DNA of 64,000 bases, from positions 190,540 to 254,539 of the forward strand of contig NMRA01000512.1 of the NCBI GenBank assembly GCA_002633005.1, written 5' to 3'. The translations under genes and the position numbers were made by a program. Position 1 is the first letter of the stretch; every line of letters starts with the position of its first letter. This stretch comes from Phoronis australis (lineage: Eukaryota > Animalia > Phoronida). A model generated the notes under the pieces. The model did not search any database, had not been told where the DNA came from, and saw only the letters and a program-made list of their open reading frames with translations. Below are positions 28,626 through 39,678 of this stretch, in pieces.

Positions 28626-29047
28626 CAGGCCTTTATCCAGGATTTCGAAAATAGGGTGTCCAAAATGGGGTTCCCAATATTCCAGGGCGTCCATGATTTC
28701 GACGCGTAACCCCCTCACCCCCAGCAATCCCCCCAAACACACAGATTATTTTAACCAAAAATTGTGTACAGCAAGGTTTTTACAATGTTATCAACCAAGT
28801 GTGAGCATAGCAACATTGTACATACTTTGTATATACATTGTATATTTCTTCCTGCTTTGAAAAAAGAGCCCCCACTGTGAGTCTTCAGATGCTTCCTAGT
28901 ATTCATTACAATGTGTGAGTCCAAACTTGAAAGGTTCCTATTGATAGTGGGCCTCCAAATGATACATTGGGCAGCCTTGCCAGGGCATCCATATTAGTGC
29001 TAGGGTGTCCATTTAGACGCCCAGGACCTGTGCTGCATAAAGGCCTG
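28626..29047 (-). mobile_element. hAT-type MITE, 8-bp TSD (copy 2, inverted relative to copy 1)
   Basis: Ends CAGGCCTTTATCCAG / CTGCATAAAGGCCTG; CTGCGGAT on both sides; interior is the reverse complement of 23205-23684. Confidence 0.9.
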
Positions 29048-30357
29048 CTGCGGATACGTTGCCTAGCCTTTCAAACTTCACGCAAGTAAGCCAATCTTGT
29101 CACCACAAAAGTCGAACTCGAGCCAATGATGAGTCATTACAGGATGTTAAGAGCACTGCATCGCAGCAAGTTTAGCCCACTAGCATACAGACGGGGGGAG
29201 GGGCCCTGTCAACGCGACGGCCTCGGGCATCTACACTGGGGTGCATCGAATTATTGCGAATAAACTATTTTGAAATTGTGACAGATTTGTAACTGAATAA
29301 AATTTCTTTTTGTTTCATCTTTTTTACTTTTCTAAGTATTAGGGTACATGCATTTGAGTAGACAGAGGGGCATCCCATGAAAAATCACCCTGGGCATAAC
29401 CAAACCTCTGCACTGCAGTAAAACTCCAACAATCTCCAACAGAAGTAATTGACATTGATTTGATTTTCAAGGGCTCATATCATTGCCAAATTGCCCACAA
29501 TTTTCGAAAATATTGCCTGTAACAAACTATTGGCAAAGCACCATTTTGGTGCCATGTATCCTTTATGAAAAAAATAGGTAGAAGAAAAACAAATTTCACT
29601 TGTCTACCAATTAAAGAATTTTAGTCATAACAGAATTACCCCCATCCTGATGGGAAAACAGTATGCTTTTGTCTCAATGCACAACACAGAAGCATTCAGT
29701 ACGAAATCTCCAGAGTTACTTTCGGCTAAGCTTAGCTCAGACAAAGACAGACATATTAATCATGACTGTTTAGGTTTCACACTAATTATCAAGCAAACAG
29801 GAACTCTCATTGGGCTAACTTAGAGTTCACTGAAAAGGCCATTCTGAAGCACAGTGAGTTCTCGTTGTTGCCTACAACAAGTTAGAAAGCATAAGCAGGC
29901 TTTATCACTCATACTGCGTTAACATTTACACAAGTTATTCAAGATCTGATATAATTTGTGATTCTAATAAAACAGCTGTTTAAGCTCACATTCAAAAGCA
30001 TGAGGCAGGGCCGTAGGAAGCGGGGGGGCCGGGGGGGCCCCTGCCCCCCCAAAAATTTTCAGCGTAGAAGCTGCTGCAACATTGTATTTTGATTTGAAGT
30101 ACAGTTTTCTGAGACTTATAACGAAATTGAAGAATCTGACTTAGTTATCAGAAAAACACCATAAAAACGTGTGGATCAGGCAGCTTTTATTTCGCCAAAG
30201 AATCGTTTCCCAAGACTGCAGAACAAGACTTCAAGTTGATGTTTGGCGTCGTCGGCAAATTGAAGACCTCACATGTGTCCGGTAAGTGTTACATTATATC
30301 TAGCAGTAGCGCGTGCAGTTCTAAGCTTGAACTTTGGTGTTCAGTGCATTATTCGAG

Positions 30358-30375
30358 ATGTCGACCACAATGGAG
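30358..30375 (+). CDS. Transposase putative coding exon 1 (MSTTME)
   Basis: ATG..GAG|gtaatt; phase 0 fits the next exon; a 5'UTR intron is plausible at 30282-30344. Confidence 0.5.
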
Positions 30376-30496
30376 GTAATTGAGTTTTCTAACGTTGTGG
30401 AGTTGTTTTTACTGTTCATTGTGATTGTCGCATGCACGTTATAGCAGGAAACTGGAGTAAATTTCGATCAGTGGTCACAAATTCTGTATTTTACAG

Positions 30497-30746
30497 GGCC
30501 TTGGAGAACTCGTGGCGTCGATTGGATACGACTCGCAGAAAGCTGGAAGTCTATACGACACATACAGTAACCTTGTAACACAAGCTGTTGAATCCCCTCT
30601 TTCTACATCTAGTTTGTTGGAAAATGCTCTGATCGACGAGTTCGCAAAATGCATAATTCCCGAATCTCACCAGTCAACACACGAACCCATTCGCACATCT
30701 GGGGACGGCAACTGTTTATTTCGAGCCGCTTCTCTTTGCATAACTG
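30497..30746 (+). CDS. Transposase exon 2 (N-half of OTU/vertnin-like domain)
   Basis: tttacag|GLGELVAS..EPIRTSGDGNCLFRAASLCIT G|gtataa; GDGNCLF is the OTU Cys-loop. Confidence 0.85.
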
Positions 30747-30801
30747 GTATAACTTTATATTTTTCGTAATAGATTTTTGACTTTTACTTTAGTCGATATT
30801 A

Positions 30802-30938
30802 CATGGGCGGCGCAGCATTTAGTGGGGAGCTATATTCCCTCAGCCCCCTATCAGGTGCGCCGCCTACGCCCGCGGACGGTGCACCACTGAATTAAGGGGG
30901 GTGATAGCCTCTCAGCCCCCTATAGTGCGCCGCCCATG
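30802..30938. mobile_element. 137-bp MITE nested in the transposase intron, 5-bp TSD
   Basis: Perfect 13-bp TIR CATGGGCGGCGCA/TGCGCCGCCCATG; TATTA on both sides. Confidence 0.88.
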
Positions 30939-32859
30939 TATTAAGAATCGATTTTGGCTCATAGTGTTTGTTTTCTGATCGTGTTTTTGCTGAATGTAAA
31001 CGACAAATCACACGGTCTGTCTAGAAATGTAATGAATTACCCGTTGCTAAAATAGAAGTCATTGGCTATTATGGTAGAAAATGCCTGGGTTTTGAGGTAT
31101 CGGCTAATTCAAACGTGTACCCTGTTTTAAATGGTGATGAATAGAGATATATCTTAACTTGTGTGACAATAACTTGTATAATGACGAAAAACTTATAGTA
31201 TTAACGCTCATTCTCTAAAATTAAAGAGTTTAAATATTTTCAATGAAATTTCCAAAGAACTGGGAGTGAAAAATTGAAAAAAGGGGTCAACGACCCACAG
31301 TTTATCTATAGTGCAGACTACTTTCTCCAACTGTGGTATTCATGCATAAAGTGCATGCATTTAACATTAACTACGTTCACTCAACTCCTATGCTGGAAGA
31401 CCGTAGATTTGATCGTTTGCACAGGAAGCAGTTATTGATTTGACCACGGTGATAATACACGTGCACCTTTTGCATTTTGGTCTCAAATTTTGTTTGTTCA
31501 CCATATTTCCGGATAGCATTCAACAGTGGCTGTAGTACAATGACAAAATAGAATTTGTGAACTACTTTAGTAAGTCCCATAGTGTCGCATTATAACGGGG
31601 AAATCAGAAACGTATTTCACTTTCTTATGAAACGCGAGTAGTAGCTCAGTGAAACATAAGAATATGAAACACAGAATTCCTTCTTTCATACCCAAAAAGT
31701 AAAAGAAATACATGTACGTTAAAAAAAATGTTATAGGCTTTGCTGTACTACTAAATGTCAAATGAACCAAAGTTCAATTTGGAGAAGCAAAATGACGCCC
31801 ATTAGCGGAGTGCGTGTTTAACAGAAACTACGAAGTAAATAGCCTATGCAAATTATCACAACAGCCTAAAAATACAAAATTAGTTTTTACATTAACACAT
31901 CGCGCCTTACTAAGGTTATGTAGCACCTTCTCGTCATGCCTGTATATTTAGCCAAATACATATATACTAAATTGTATACAACTTAGCCCAGCAAAAGTAT
32001 ATTTTTGGAAAGTAGTAATTCCGTAGAATTTGATTTTTGATTTCATACCAGTCCGCAACTAAATAGGTTGCTTGACATTAACTTATAGGAAAATTTAGCA
32101 AATTAATAAGGTACATTCTGTTAATCAAACAAAACAACGGCGTCAATAGCATGCGCAAATTTCGTGTAGTATAATTGTTTAAGATAAAATCTCAAAAACG
32201 CTGTTACAATTTTCTAAAATATCGTTTCGTTTTCGTTTTATGCAACTTTAAAACGTTTTCATAAAAATCTGAAGCACTATTTTGATTAGCCCTCATGCAA
32301 AAGTCGAACATTTTAAGAAAAATTCCTAACAGCGTGTTCGAGAACAGTGTATCGGAATTTGAAAGTTCGATGCAAATTCAATACATTTTTGAATTTGGAA
32401 AAAATTGGAACTCTTATTAGGTTCTACATCACTTTAAAAGCACAAAATGCAAAACTTAGATTATAAAAAATTGCGACAAGTTTCCGGTTTCCTAGCAGAA
32501 AACTAACCTGAAATTGTGCAAATAGTAATGTTAGGTTCGCGACGGCGGTTACATGTATGTGGCTTGTCCCTTTGAAACAACTATCATCCCGTACTTTGTT
32601 CTGTGTATGAGCGCATTTTGGGCATTTGCCATGAAGTTGGGGACGTGAAATGGGAAAAAATCCATTGGCATTCACTAAAAGTGCCATTTCGGAAAGTCGA
32701 AATTATGTCTATAAACTCATTCCTGGAATAAGGCCCATTTACGAATTTCTTGTCATTACACAGAATTTCAAAACCTATCTAAAGTATCGCATGGCCTTAT
32801 TTTATAAAGGCAAGTAATCTCTTGATACAACCTTGCAGTTGCTTAATTTCTGTTTATAG

Positions 32860-35800
32860 GTGACGAATCCCTCCACGTGACATTAAGGCTGCTGACTGCA
32901 GCCGAGCTCTTCATTCACTCTGACTTTTATGCAAGGCACCCACACGTTATTGCTGCTACTCAGAAAGAAAACTCTATATCTTCGGATTTTCAAACATTAT
33001 TCACTGTGGTAATGTCTCAGGAGGACGGTCTTGGAGACACTGTAAACGATGATAATGAAGCAGCCATTGTAAGAGAGGCAAAGCATCTGTGCCACGATGG
33101 GAATTGGAGTGGTCTCATGGCTGTCATGGGTCTGTCGTCTGTATTGAAAATGCCAGTAACAAGTGTATATCCCGACGTAGGAAAAAGTGTTCATTCCCTT
33201 CATGGGGAGATCTTACCACGTGTATTAGGAAATGCTTCATGCAACAAATATGCGATTTTCTTGTGGTCTAGAGATGGAAATCTTGACAACCGACCCGGCG
33301 CGATTTTTGAACCAAATCATGTCGTAGCAGTTAGAATAAAAAACACACGCCCTGTACCTGAGTGTCAAATGAATAAAAAAAGATTTTGCGACGATTCCCA
33401 GGAATGTTCAAGAGCAAAGAAGCAGCACGCTTCCAGTCACCAAAGAAAAATAGGTGCCTTCTTTAAGGTAAAATCCCTACCTGTAACCAGTAACTCACTC
33501 ACGCTCGAAACTCACTTAATAGGCGGCGCATCACGCACTAAACCTGGAGGTGCTTCAGCTTGGAATATAAAAAGTAACTCTGAAACGTCAAACACAGAAC
33601 TATCGGACGTCCTGGAGTCCCACAGTAGCTGTCCTACGCAGTTAGCAAACAGCACTTCTGAAGAAGCCACATTGCACACAGAGCCACTTGTGGTGAACGC
33701 TGGGACTCACAAATCTGGTACTACGAATTTAGAACCATCGAGCCAGTCACAGGAGCTTTATTGTAGCTCTTCAGCACCAAGTGAAAACTCCCACACTCAC
33801 CAAAACAGTTCTTCTCAGTCGGCTCACACCATGCAAGAAAAACGTGGTTTACACGACATTCCCGAGCATCCACACCAACCTTCAAATCACGTCTTTCCAA
33901 AACGACCTTTTGGCAAGAAAAATCGTCAATTTCAAAAACAGTGGTTTATCTCATGGCCGTGGCTGCATTATATTGAGGGGGAAGATAAGGTGTTGTGTCA
34001 CATATGTGCAAAAGCTTACCACATGGGTCTGCTGTCTTCAGCAAAACAAGAGCTATCATTTGTTGTTACCGGTTATACCAACTGGAAAAAGGCTACTAAC
34101 AAGACGTCTGGCTTTACGAAGCATGAGAAATCTGAGTGCCATAAAGAAGCAATGGAACGCACACTGATAGTGAAGTTGTCTGTCAAAGATGTTGCGGAAC
34201 AACTGTCAACAGCCCACGGAGAGCAAAAAGCGAAAAACCGCAGAATGTTCCTGAAAATATTAACAAACATACGTTTTTTGGCAAGACAAGGTATACCGTT
34301 TAGGGGTGACGGAGATGAACAAGATTCCAATTTTATTCAACTACTCCATCTAAAAGAAACAGAGACAGATATTTTGAAATCATGGTTGTCGCAGAAAACA
34401 AATAAATATACGTCTCCAGATATTCAAAATGAAGCGATCAAACTGATGGCTTTAAAAGTTCTCCGAGAAATAGCGTCGTGCATTCGCGGCAGTCCTTATT
34501 TTAGTATACTGGCAGACGAAACTACTGACGTGTCTAATAGCGAACAACTCGTCGTTTGTATCCGATGGGTAGACGAATCATTACAACCCCATGAAGATTT
34601 CATCGGATTTCGCCGCTTGGAATTGATGGATGCCCAAACAATTACGTCACTTCTAAAAGACACACTGTTGCGGATGAACTTGTCTTTAAGCAGATGTCGT
34701 GGTCAATGCTATGATGGTTGCAGCACAATGAGTGGGTCCAAAAATGGAGTCGTTGTCAACATTAAACAGGAAGAACATCGCGCCCTGTACACACATTGTT
34801 ATGGCCACGCGTTGAATCTTGCCTGCTCAGATAGTATCAAACGATGCAAGCTGATGGCAGATGCTTTAGACACCACGTACGAAATTACCAAACTGATAAA
34901 AAAATCTCCCAAACGTGACGCACAGTTGAATAAAATACGAGATGCGTTGCTTGACGACAGAGAAGTGGGTAATATTCGGCAACTGTGTCCAACGAGATGG
35001 ACCGTGAAGGCTGACGCTCTGAATCGTGTGATAGGTAACTATGATTGTTTACAGGAACTCTGGTCCTGGGGAGTCCAAAATTGCAATGATTCAGAAATGA
35101 AAGCGCGGATACGTGGAATTCAGTCTCACATGACACAGTTTAGTTTCTTTTACGGTTTAGTACTTTCAGAGCGCCTGTTGGTGCATGCTGACAATCTGAG
35201 TACAACTTTACAAAGCGTTCAGATGTCCGCGGCTGAGGCTCAAAAGATTGCCAAAATGACCCTTACTACATTAGAACGGATGAGAAACGACAGAGAATTT
35301 AAAAACTTCTGGGATGAAGTCCTAGCTTGTGCAAAGGATCATCACGTCAAAGATCCTGGTCTCCCTAGACGCAATAGAAAACCCGCTAGATACGAAACAG
35401 GAAATGCGCCTCCGGAGTTTTCTTCGAGTCCAGAAGATTATTATAGAAGAATTTATTTTGAAGCTCTTGACAATATCATTGCATCAATACGGGACAGGTT
35501 TGATCAAGAAGATTACAAAATTTATATGCAGTGTGAGGAGCTGATACTCAAGGCGGCAAAAGGGGAAAACTTTGAAAATGAATACCAAGATGTTATCAGT
35601 TTTTATGAAGATGATTTTGATTCAACACTGCGCTGTCACCTGGCTACGTTTGGGGCCAATTATGCACAGGATGGTAGTCAAGAGGTAACATTGTCTCGTG
35701 TTGTGGATCATTTGCAGAAATTATCAGCCGGTCAAAAACACTTGATCGAAAATGTAATTAAACTAGCAAACTTGCTGTTAGTGATGCCTGCAACAAATGC

Positions 35801-36062
35801 CAGTAGCGAACGAGCATTTAGTGCTCTTAGGCGTGTTAAGTCATATTTACGTTCCACAATGGGACAGGGGAGGTTGAACCATTTAATGTTGCTCCATGTT
35901 CACAAAGACATGTGCGATAAGCTAAATTTGGTGGATGTGGCAAACGATTTTGTACGAGGAAGTGAAATGCGAAAGGCACAACTCGGGGTTTTTACCACGT
36001 TAGACTTAGCTGCAGCCCGAGTTCCTGTGTGCAGCAGGGCAACGTCCACTGATTTATGTTGA
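32860..36062 (+). CDS. Transposase exon 3: rest of OTU domain, TTF-type Zn finger, DUF4371-like region, hAT DDE core, dimerisation domain (family often annotated ZMYM1-like)
   Basis: ttatag|GDESLHVTLRLL..PNHVV; RQFQKQWF..WLHY..CHIC..NWKKA..HEKSECH; ADETTD, QCYDG, CYGH, PTRW, SSERAFS..LRSTMGQGRLNHLMLLHVH; AATAAA at 36069. Confidence 0.95.
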
Positions 36063-37780
36063 AGAGTAAATAAAAACATTTATAGTTATTTCACACCTTC
36101 ATTCTTACTGTTCAGCAAGAGTATTCTTATGAGTGGCATGTATGTTGCTCCAAAGATTTCCAGTCAATCTTAACAAAAAATTAACTCTAAAAGTACAGCA
36201 TCTGTTACACACCTTATTATTAGTAGACATATTTTTTCATATAATTCAAAACGTACCTAGTGGTTGCAGTAGTTCATTTTACAGCGTTGATATATACACC
36301 ACAGTGCAACGCAGTGGTTTCGAAATTAGAAGTTACGTATCGACCAGGGTCGGTGCCCCCCCAATAATTTTTACCTTCCTACGGGCCTGTGAGGATAATC
36401 TGTACGGTCAATCATAGGTACGTCAGCGCCGGTAGTTAGCACAGAAAGATAAACAAGTGGAAATTCAAGTTGTCAAGTCTTGACAAAAATTAAAATTTTG
36501 AAAATTTAAAACCTCCTATGCCATGCCTTGTATTGTGAAGATGACATAAACAGCATTTGCATATATAAAAGTTTTAACTTATTTTTAATTTTGTAATTTA
36601 ATTTTTAAAATATTCATTTAATTTAATCTATCTTAATTCATTTAATTTAAATTTTAATTATATTTTTATTTTTATTATTATCAAAGTTACTTGGGGCCAG
36701 TAATCAATCTACGAAAACTAGAAAAACAATCATAAAGGGGGTTGTTTTGAGACAAATAAATTGAGCGAAATAAGAAAAGTGAAGACTATTAATTTATCAG
36801 AGATACTTGACCTATCTAGAATGTATTAACAGCCTGTTCACCAGGAGATAATATTTTACATCACAAGACAATTCCTCAGTCTGTAAACCACAGGATAGGA
36901 CCATAAAGCTGTTTGCAATCAAAGCAACCCACACAAAGAGAAATTTCTGTTTCAGTATATTGATGAAGATGGGTAACTTCCCTTCCCATGTGAAAGCTGG
37001 TGCAAACCATGATAAAATTTGCCAAACCTTCAGCATGGAAAAAGAGGAGAGCTTAAAGTCCCTCTATCTGGCAAACCTAGTTTGGCATTCCCTCCACAAC
37101 TGCCAACTAAACACAACAGGAAAGAATAAGACAGCCCCCAAATCCCAGTGCTGTCTCACAAACATTGCCAAGAACTCAACATGACAACTTAAGGTATGGG
37201 TAGTTTATTAACATGACCAACTAACCTAGATGCTATCTAATACTGTTGGATATTTTAGTGTGAAGGAGCCAACTTTGACAGACTTGTTTACCAGGAATGT
37301 CTAAAAACAGGCCCCTATTTATAAATGCATGGGCAAAAGTCAATGGTCTCACCTACTTTTGGAGGCAGAATTGTAAACTTGTAAACTTAGAGTGGATTCC
37401 GCATCCATCAATATGGGAAATGTTTCTAATTCGGCTAGGTTCTGAATCCTACATTCTGAATCGGGTTCGAGTGACTGTTTGCTATGGGCAATGTGACCGA
37501 TCACAAGGCAGAGGGTCTGATTGGTATCTAGCGAATCACAGACTTAAGTGCGGCTGAGGTATCATTACAAGGTTTGTGTGACTATGTAAAAACGTAAATT
37601 TCAGCTACACCAGAAATTTGAATGGCCCTAGAGACATCAGTTCATTTAGTGTTTTTCTTTGGGTACTGCTGTAGACAATATGTCGAATCATTGCGACGAT
37701 GAAATAGTTTCAATACTATTCAAAAAGTACGGATTCTTAATGACCATGCTGAATAGACGTGGATAGTAGATCAAGAATTG

Positions 37781-37891
37781 TGACAGTCTCAACAACCGGT
37801 TACTAACCAATGACAGTCTCAACAACCAGTTACTAACCAATGACAGTCTCAACAACCGGTTACAACCGATTACAACCGGTTACTAACTAAT
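37781..37891. repeat. 30-bp tandem repeat (~3.5 copies)
   Basis: tgacagtctcaacaaccggttactaaccaa at 37781, 37811 and 37841. Confidence 0.9.
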
Positions 37892-38708
37892 GTAAATCAG
37901 TAATCCAGAGAATAAACCATCGAGATACAAAATCAATGTACCGTAGCAGTTTTTGTATGCAGAAATGTAAACACTGTTGTATTCATGTAAATTAAAAGGT
38001 CGAGCATTCATATCTCAAATGAAAGAACCATGGTGATACTTTTTAATGAAGATTAAATCAACAGAGACGTTGAAGAAATAATAAACACGCAACAAAAATA
38101 AAATTATTGCACGCCTGAACCATGTCCTCGTTAGAAATCTTCACATTTGTTCTTCATTTCCACAGGTACAACTTTATATCTAGTTCAACATTCAATCCAG
38201 TGAATTCAAAATCGCTAAAGTAAAAAATAGCTTGTTAATTTTTTTTTCAGGTAAAATTAAGTTCCAGCGGAATCCAATTTTCTGTGAAAATAGCCCATAA
38301 TTATAAGCCATCTCACTTCAGGTATGTTCCAAATACATTAATTTAGGGGTCTCAAATGAAAAGCAATATCAAATCAGAGGCGGATTTAGAGGGGGCCAAG
38401 TGGGCTATGCTCCCCCCCTCCCTATGAAATTTTCCCAGATTCCATTTGGCAGTATGGGAGTGCCAATGTCTGACAGGCAAAATCATGGCTAATACTCTGT
38501 TCCAAGATCAGTTGGCAGTAGTTGCAAAATGTCAATAACGGTGATTTTATGAAAAGGATAACCTTGAGTAAAAAATAAAATTGTGACTACATCAACATTT
38601 CTGGCCTCTCTATAGTTTCAGGAACTATATTTAAATTTCCTAAGAAACGAGCCACTTTTGAAGGTCACTTCACTCCAATTATCCTAACTTTATGGGCACA
38701 GGATATAT

Positions 38709-38798
38709 AGCAGTCCCTGCTTTTGAGAACCAGGCAATCACTGGATAAAGGGGCCATAATTCACTGGATGAAACTAGTTCTCAAAATCAGGGACTGCT
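38709..38798. mobile_element. Small hairpin MITE; second copy at ~44254-44331
   Basis: agcagtccctgcttttgagaac ... gttctcaaaatcagggactgct inverted arms. Confidence 0.7.
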
Positions 38799-38965
38799 TT
38801 ATCTGACTTGTGTCAATCTTCTGTATATACTTGCTAATTATATATAAGTTTATTATTACTTTAGTGAACTTGCCAGTTTACTCAGACATTGCAAATTTAC
38901 GCCTACAACAACTTCACCTTGAGTTGACACTGCATGAGTGAGCACCTGGCCTCAGAAGCAATGAA

Positions 38966-39132
38966 TATGGGCGGGTGCTTGGCGCAGCACCGAAAAAAGT
39001 GGGGGGCTAATGCCCTCTAAGCCCCCTGTGGTGCACCGCCTGTAGAACATGTGTGGCATGGCATTACAAAAAGTGGGGGGGCTATAGCCCGCCCCAGTCC
39101 CATATGGCTATGGAGATGGTGCGCCACCCATG
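38966..39132. mobile_element. Older MITE of the same family as 30802-30938
   Basis: (C/T)ATGGGCGG..GGCGCAGC start, GCGCCACCCATG end; flanks ATGAA/ACGAA. Confidence 0.65.
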
Positions 39133-39577
39133 ACGAAAGGTATAGTGATAACCAGACTAATGTAATTCGACTACCACCCATTCCCCAATTTTCTGCATTT
39201 CTCCTGATTAAAGAAATCTCTCAGTTGTCCGGAATGAGAGAATTCAGCCAATTGGGAGAAACTCTCCCAATTTGCTTCTGCTGAGAATATTATATGGGAT
39301 CGTGGCCGTCTGGGACTAGAAACATGCCACATGGTGACAACCAAAAGTCAAAGACAAACGAATTCAACAATGGATTGTTCACTAGCAAACCAGGTGCAAT
39401 TCATAACAGTAGTAAAACATGAAAAAGAAAAGTACTGGAAACTTTATACATGACAAATTTGTCAAACGCCAGCCAGCACGTGTCTACTTCACCACGTTTA
39501 GCCTTTAGGCCAACTGTCTACACCTGTCCTGATGAGGCGAGCCAGCATTGAATAAATCCGACTGAAGACGTACTTAC

Positions 39578-39678
39578 GTTTGAAAGCAGGAGTCACATCG
39601 CTTCCCCCTCTCCTTCATGGACAGTACGTAGGCATACGGTTTAGCTACCATAATCACTTCGCCTTTCTTCGCATTCAT
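39578..39678 (-). CDS. SMYD3: SMYD3-like exon 1 (N-SET strand, first MYND CxxC)
   Basis: ATG at 39678 with in-frame TAA upstream at 39727-39729; MNAKKGEVIMVAKPYAYVLSMKERGKRCDSCFQ; donor AC|gtaagt; 101 nt. Confidence 0.85.

Larger units (their letters stand above)
30006..36389 (+). mobile_element. Full-length autonomous hAT DNA transposon (hAT5-like, 5-bp TSD) in SMYD3 intron 1, antisense to host
   Basis: TIRs CAGGGCCGTAGGAAG / CTTCCTACGGGCCTG (15 bp, 1 mismatch); TGAGG on both flanks (30001-30005, 36390-36394); uninterrupted transposase ORF. Confidence 0.93.
5629..39678 (-). other. SMYD3: SMYD3-like SET-MYND lysine methyltransferase gene, exons 1-8 (3' part not found in window)
   Basis: Eight GT-AG exons join in frame: MNAKKGEVIMVAKPYAYVL..RCDSCFQT|STSLLKCSKCTFVRYCGSECQ|KTAWSLHKEECKCL..|RGCANK..LMSH|AEEIK..IFGK|VTVNSFTICDAEMQPIGGGVYLS|PSYFDHRCNFNAVVTFNG..|VYISYIDQL..QYYFQCDCDMC. 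Split SET, MYND finger and post-SET CxCxxC are present; exon boundaries parallel vertebrate SMYD3. Confidence 0.9.

Noticed and set aside
32877-36062. Host gene ZMYM1 / PRKRIR (THAP12)-like call for the 1061-aa ORF
   Set aside because: Bounded by TIRs and a TSD with intact DDE residues and no MYM or THAP domain seen: a transposase, whose true start is on upstream exons.
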